DNA of 64,000 nt, taken from Alphaproteobacteria bacterium (lineage in GTDB: Bacteria; Pseudomonadota; Alphaproteobacteria; SP197). Positions 61,294-64,000 of this stretch are shown here, piece after piece; positions within the stretch are counted from its first letter, which is position 1; each line of letters begins with the position of its first letter. A model generated the notes under the pieces. The model saw nothing but the letters and a program-made list of their open reading frames with translations. It searched no databases and was not told where the DNA came from. Location of the stretch: contig CBDCRU010000002.1 of NCBI GenBank assembly GCA_965221115.1, positions 4,700 through 68,699 of the forward strand, given 5' to 3'. A program made the translations under genes and the position numbers.

Positions 61294-62415
61294 TCAGGAG
61301 CCGGCGCGCACCTCATCCCACAGCCGGATGTACTTTTCCTCGATATCGGGAGCCAGGGCCTGGAAGAAGATTCCGTTGCCCAGCAGATTCTCGGGCGTCG
61401 AAAGCCCCAGCTCCTCGAGAACGTCATCGGCAACCAAATCGAACGCCTTCATGTTGGCGTGACCATAGCCCCAGTTCGAGATCTCGAAGGCACCGGCTTC
61501 CGGACTCGCGAAGGCGTTGATCAGGTCATAGGACTCATCGACAAGTTCGGTTTCTGCATGCATGACCAGACCGCAACACCACGTGAAGATGCCCTCCTTG
61601 GGTATCCCCAGGCCTACGTCGAAACCCTGGGACTTCAGGGTCACGTAGGCATCGTTCCACCCATAGCTTGCGACCAGTTCGCCAGACGCCAGGGCCTGTA
61701 CGGCTTCCGTCTGGTCGCCCCAGTACATCCGCATGTTGTCGCGCTGGATGGCAACCATCTTGCGCACTTCGACCAGCTGTTCGTCGGTCAGCGTGAAGAT
61801 GTTGTCGTAGCCGAGTACCAGAGCGGAAATCTCGACGATCGCGCCGGCGGAATCGTAGAAACCCAGACGATTGCGGAACTCGTCCGTATAGAAAATCTCT
61901 CAGGAGACGTTTTCGTCGCGCCATTTCTCGCCGACCAGATCGCGGCGATAGATGATCGTGGAGTTGCCCCAGTCAATCGGCATGAAGTAGCGCTGACCGT
62001 CAATGATCGATCCTTCGATGTCATCGAGACTGGGGAACATGTCGGGAAGGTGCACCAGGCGTTCCGGATCCAGCGGAGCGAGAAGGCCGGCATCATTCCA
62101 CTTGAACAGTTCATAGGTACAAGGCGCCATGACGTCCGGCTGGAAGCCGCCGGCGCGCATTTTCTGGAACGCTTCGTCCTCTGATCCCCAGAATGCATAT
62201 TCGGGCGGCGTCTCGTGCTTTTCGAGATAGGAACCGATGAATCCTTCGTTGTCGTAACCGGCCCAGCCGAAATAGATGGGTGCGCCGGCAGCGGTGGCGT
62301 TTCGGGCCATCGGAACGGTCACAAGACCGACACCCAGGGCGGATGCAAACCTGTTGAAATCACGACGCGAGATCTGCCCACTCTTGTAAAGATCCGCGAT
62401 TTCTCTGGCCTTCAT
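61294..62415 (-). pseudogene. PotD/PotF-like periplasmic binding protein gene with a single in-frame TGA
   Basis: ORFs 61900..62475 and 61294..61767 share one frame, separated only by TGA at 61900..61902. Tat-like RRDF signal. Paralogue of 62820..63986. Confidence 0.7.
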
Positions 62416-62768
62416 GTTGTTCTCCATAATGAGGATGAGAGATGCGATTGTGACTGTCTCTTGTGGCGAATTCAACGTGAACGGGGTCGCAGACCCGGCT
62501 TGTCATCGGGCGCGAAGGCTCCGAAAACACTGGCAACGTCCGGCCACATCCGCGCTTCGGTGGTGACCGTTGCTCAAGTCTGGAATTCCTGCCACCGCAG
62601 GAAGAGTGTTCGCCGACATGGGTGAATCCGGCAGACCTGACGGACGCACAAGCCATGTCGCCCTCCGGGTGTGGCAGAGGGCGCGCTGGAGCGACAGCGT
62701 CCCATGACATCGTCAAACGGCCGGGCAACGTCCTTGTCGTGATCGTTCAACAGTTGCTGAGCGGAACG

Positions 62769-62798
62769 GGAACGGGCCGGCGTCAGCCGGCCCGTTCC
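62769..62798 (-). terminator. 13-bp perfect hairpin just after the binding-protein gene stop
   Basis: GGAACGGGCCGGC-GTCA-GCCGGCCCGTTCC. No U-tract. Confidence 0.5.
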
Positions 62799-62819
62799 GG
62801 AATCAGCGACGGGACCGGC

Positions 62820-63986
62820 TCAGAAGCCGGCTTTGATCTCGTCGAACAGATTGATGTACTTCTCGCGAACCTCGGGTTCGATCTCGCCAAAGAAGCGGCT
62901 GGTGGCCATCATCGTATCGGGATCGGAGATGCCGAGGGCATCCAGGGTGGCCGGATCGACCAGTTCGAACGACTTGGTGTTCGAGTGGCCGTAGCCATAC
63001 ATTTCGATCAGGTTCTTGCCGGAGGCCGGCGCAATCCACGCATCGATGAACTCGTAGGCCTTGTCCCGGTCCCCTGGACCATCGGCGAGCAGAACCAGCC
63101 CGCACACCCAGGTCCAGATCCCCTCCTTCGGGTTCATGTAGGTGACTTCGACGCCCTGGTTCTTGAGCTCGACCACCGCACTGTTCCAGGCATAGGACGC
63201 CACAAGTTCACCGGCAGCCAGCGCCTGTTCGACGCTACTCTGATCGGTCCAGTAGAAGCGCAGAACCTCGCGTTGCTTGCGCAGCAGCTTGGTGGCTTCT
63301 TCGAGTTCTTCCTCGGTCATGTTGAAGACATCTTCTGCTCCGATCACGGACCCAACCACAGCCATGACGCCATCGACGGAATCGAAGATACCGAGACGGC
63401 CTGCGTACTTCTCGTCGAACAGGATGGCCCAGGACTCGTTCTTCTCGGTCGCGGTGTCGACATACTCCGGTGCAAGATCGTGGCGGAACAGCACCGAGGA
63501 GTTGCCCCAGTCGGCGGGAATGAACCAGTCCTGTCCGGTCTCGTCCTGGCTGCCGGGCAGCGTCTTCAGGCTCGGAAAGACATCGGCGTAGTTGGTGAGC
63601 CGGGACGTGTCGATCGGATCGAGCACACCGGCGTCGCGCCAGCGTCGGGTACTGTAGGTGCAGGGATGTCCCACGTCCGCGTTGAAGCCGCCGCGCAGCT
63701 TCTGGAGTGCCTCCTCCTCTTCGCCGAAGAGCACGAAGGCAGGCTGCAACTCGTACTTGTCGACATAGGTCGTATAGAACTCGGGCAGGTCGTAGCCGCC
63801 CCACTCGAAGACGTTGAGCGAGTGATCGATGGCTAAATCGGACTGTGCCCGCGCCATGCCTGGCCCGAACGTCATCGTGGCCATGCCGACGCCGGCCGAC
63901 GCCAGAACCGCAGACGCATCGCGGCGGGTGATCTCCGCATTGGCGAGTCGTTCCTTGAACTCCTCGACCTTCATGGATCTTGTCAT
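62820..63986 (-). CDS. PotD/PotF-like (polyamine-type) ABC substrate-binding protein with Tat-like signal
   Basis: 388 aa. ITRRDASAVLASAGVGMA signal. Body similar to spermidine/putrescine-binding proteins. The start may be the internal MKVEEF. Confidence 0.8.
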   Translation of the reverse strand: MTRSMKVEEFKERLANAEITRRDASAVLASAGVGMATMTFGPGMARAQSDLAIDHSLNVFEWGGYDLPEFYTTYVDKYELQPAFVLFGEEEEALQKLRGGFNADVGHPCTYSTRRWRDAGVLDPIDTSRLTNYADVFPSLKTLPGSQDETGQDWFIPADWGNSSVLFRHDLAPEYVDTATEKNESWAILFDEKYAGRLGIFDSVDGVMAVVGSVIGAEDVFNMTEEELEEATKLLRKQREVLRFYWTDQSSVEQALAAGELVASYAWNSAVVELKNQGVEVTYMNPKEGIWTWVCGLVLLADGPGDRDKAYEFIDAWIAPASGKNLIEMYGYGHSNTKSFELVDPATLDALGISDPDTMMATSRFFGEIEPEVREKYINLFDEIKAGF

Positions 63987-64000
63987 CTCAATTCCCCCCT

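Noticed and set aside
61900-61902. TGA as selenocysteine or programmed read-through in the binding-protein gene
   Set aside because: The position aligns with Trp, not Cys, in the paralogue. A periplasmic binding protein has no redox role, and I saw no convincing stem-loop immediately downstream. A nonsense mutation or base-call error is simpler.

Overview
High-GC chromosomal segment with alphaproteobacterial (Rhizobiales-like) gene content, about 65 protein genes, and no rRNA, tRNA or CRISPR array. Housekeeping blocks are fxsA, a Tim44-like gene, mltA, smr, ccmFHI, and maf-aroE-coaE-dnaQ. Between them sit accessory operons: lutABC plus a Rieske oxygenase; ArsR with an ArsP-like permease; GAPDH-ArsJ; a cluster of an OYE-type oxidoreductase, Amt and a GS-like gene; a six-gene operon of a xanthine-dehydrogenase-family enzyme, a MoaD-like protein, PhyH and a thioesterase-isomerase fusion; tandem quinone oxidoreductases; and a peptide-type ABC transporter with an amidase. 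Two mobile elements stand out. (1) An IS110-family element at 56069..57904 splits an SRAP/YedK gene at a CT core. Its abutted ends would form a sigma70-like junction promoter, and its structured left end is a candidate bridge RNA. (2) A TnpB-only IS605-family element at about 24.69-25.99 kb has a right end that abuts the start codon of the next gene. There are many toxin-antitoxin loci: two intact, one RHH-nucleotidyltransferase-like pair, and three antitoxins whose toxin genes have decayed. Other observations are a leader-peptide/terminator attenuator candidate upstream of an MFS efflux gene, diverged ~110-bp repeats bracketing an AAA ATPase gene, a tandem dnaQ duplication and several pseudogenes. 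Everything comes from reading the sequence and recalling protein families. No searches were run, so family names are recognitions, not database hits.
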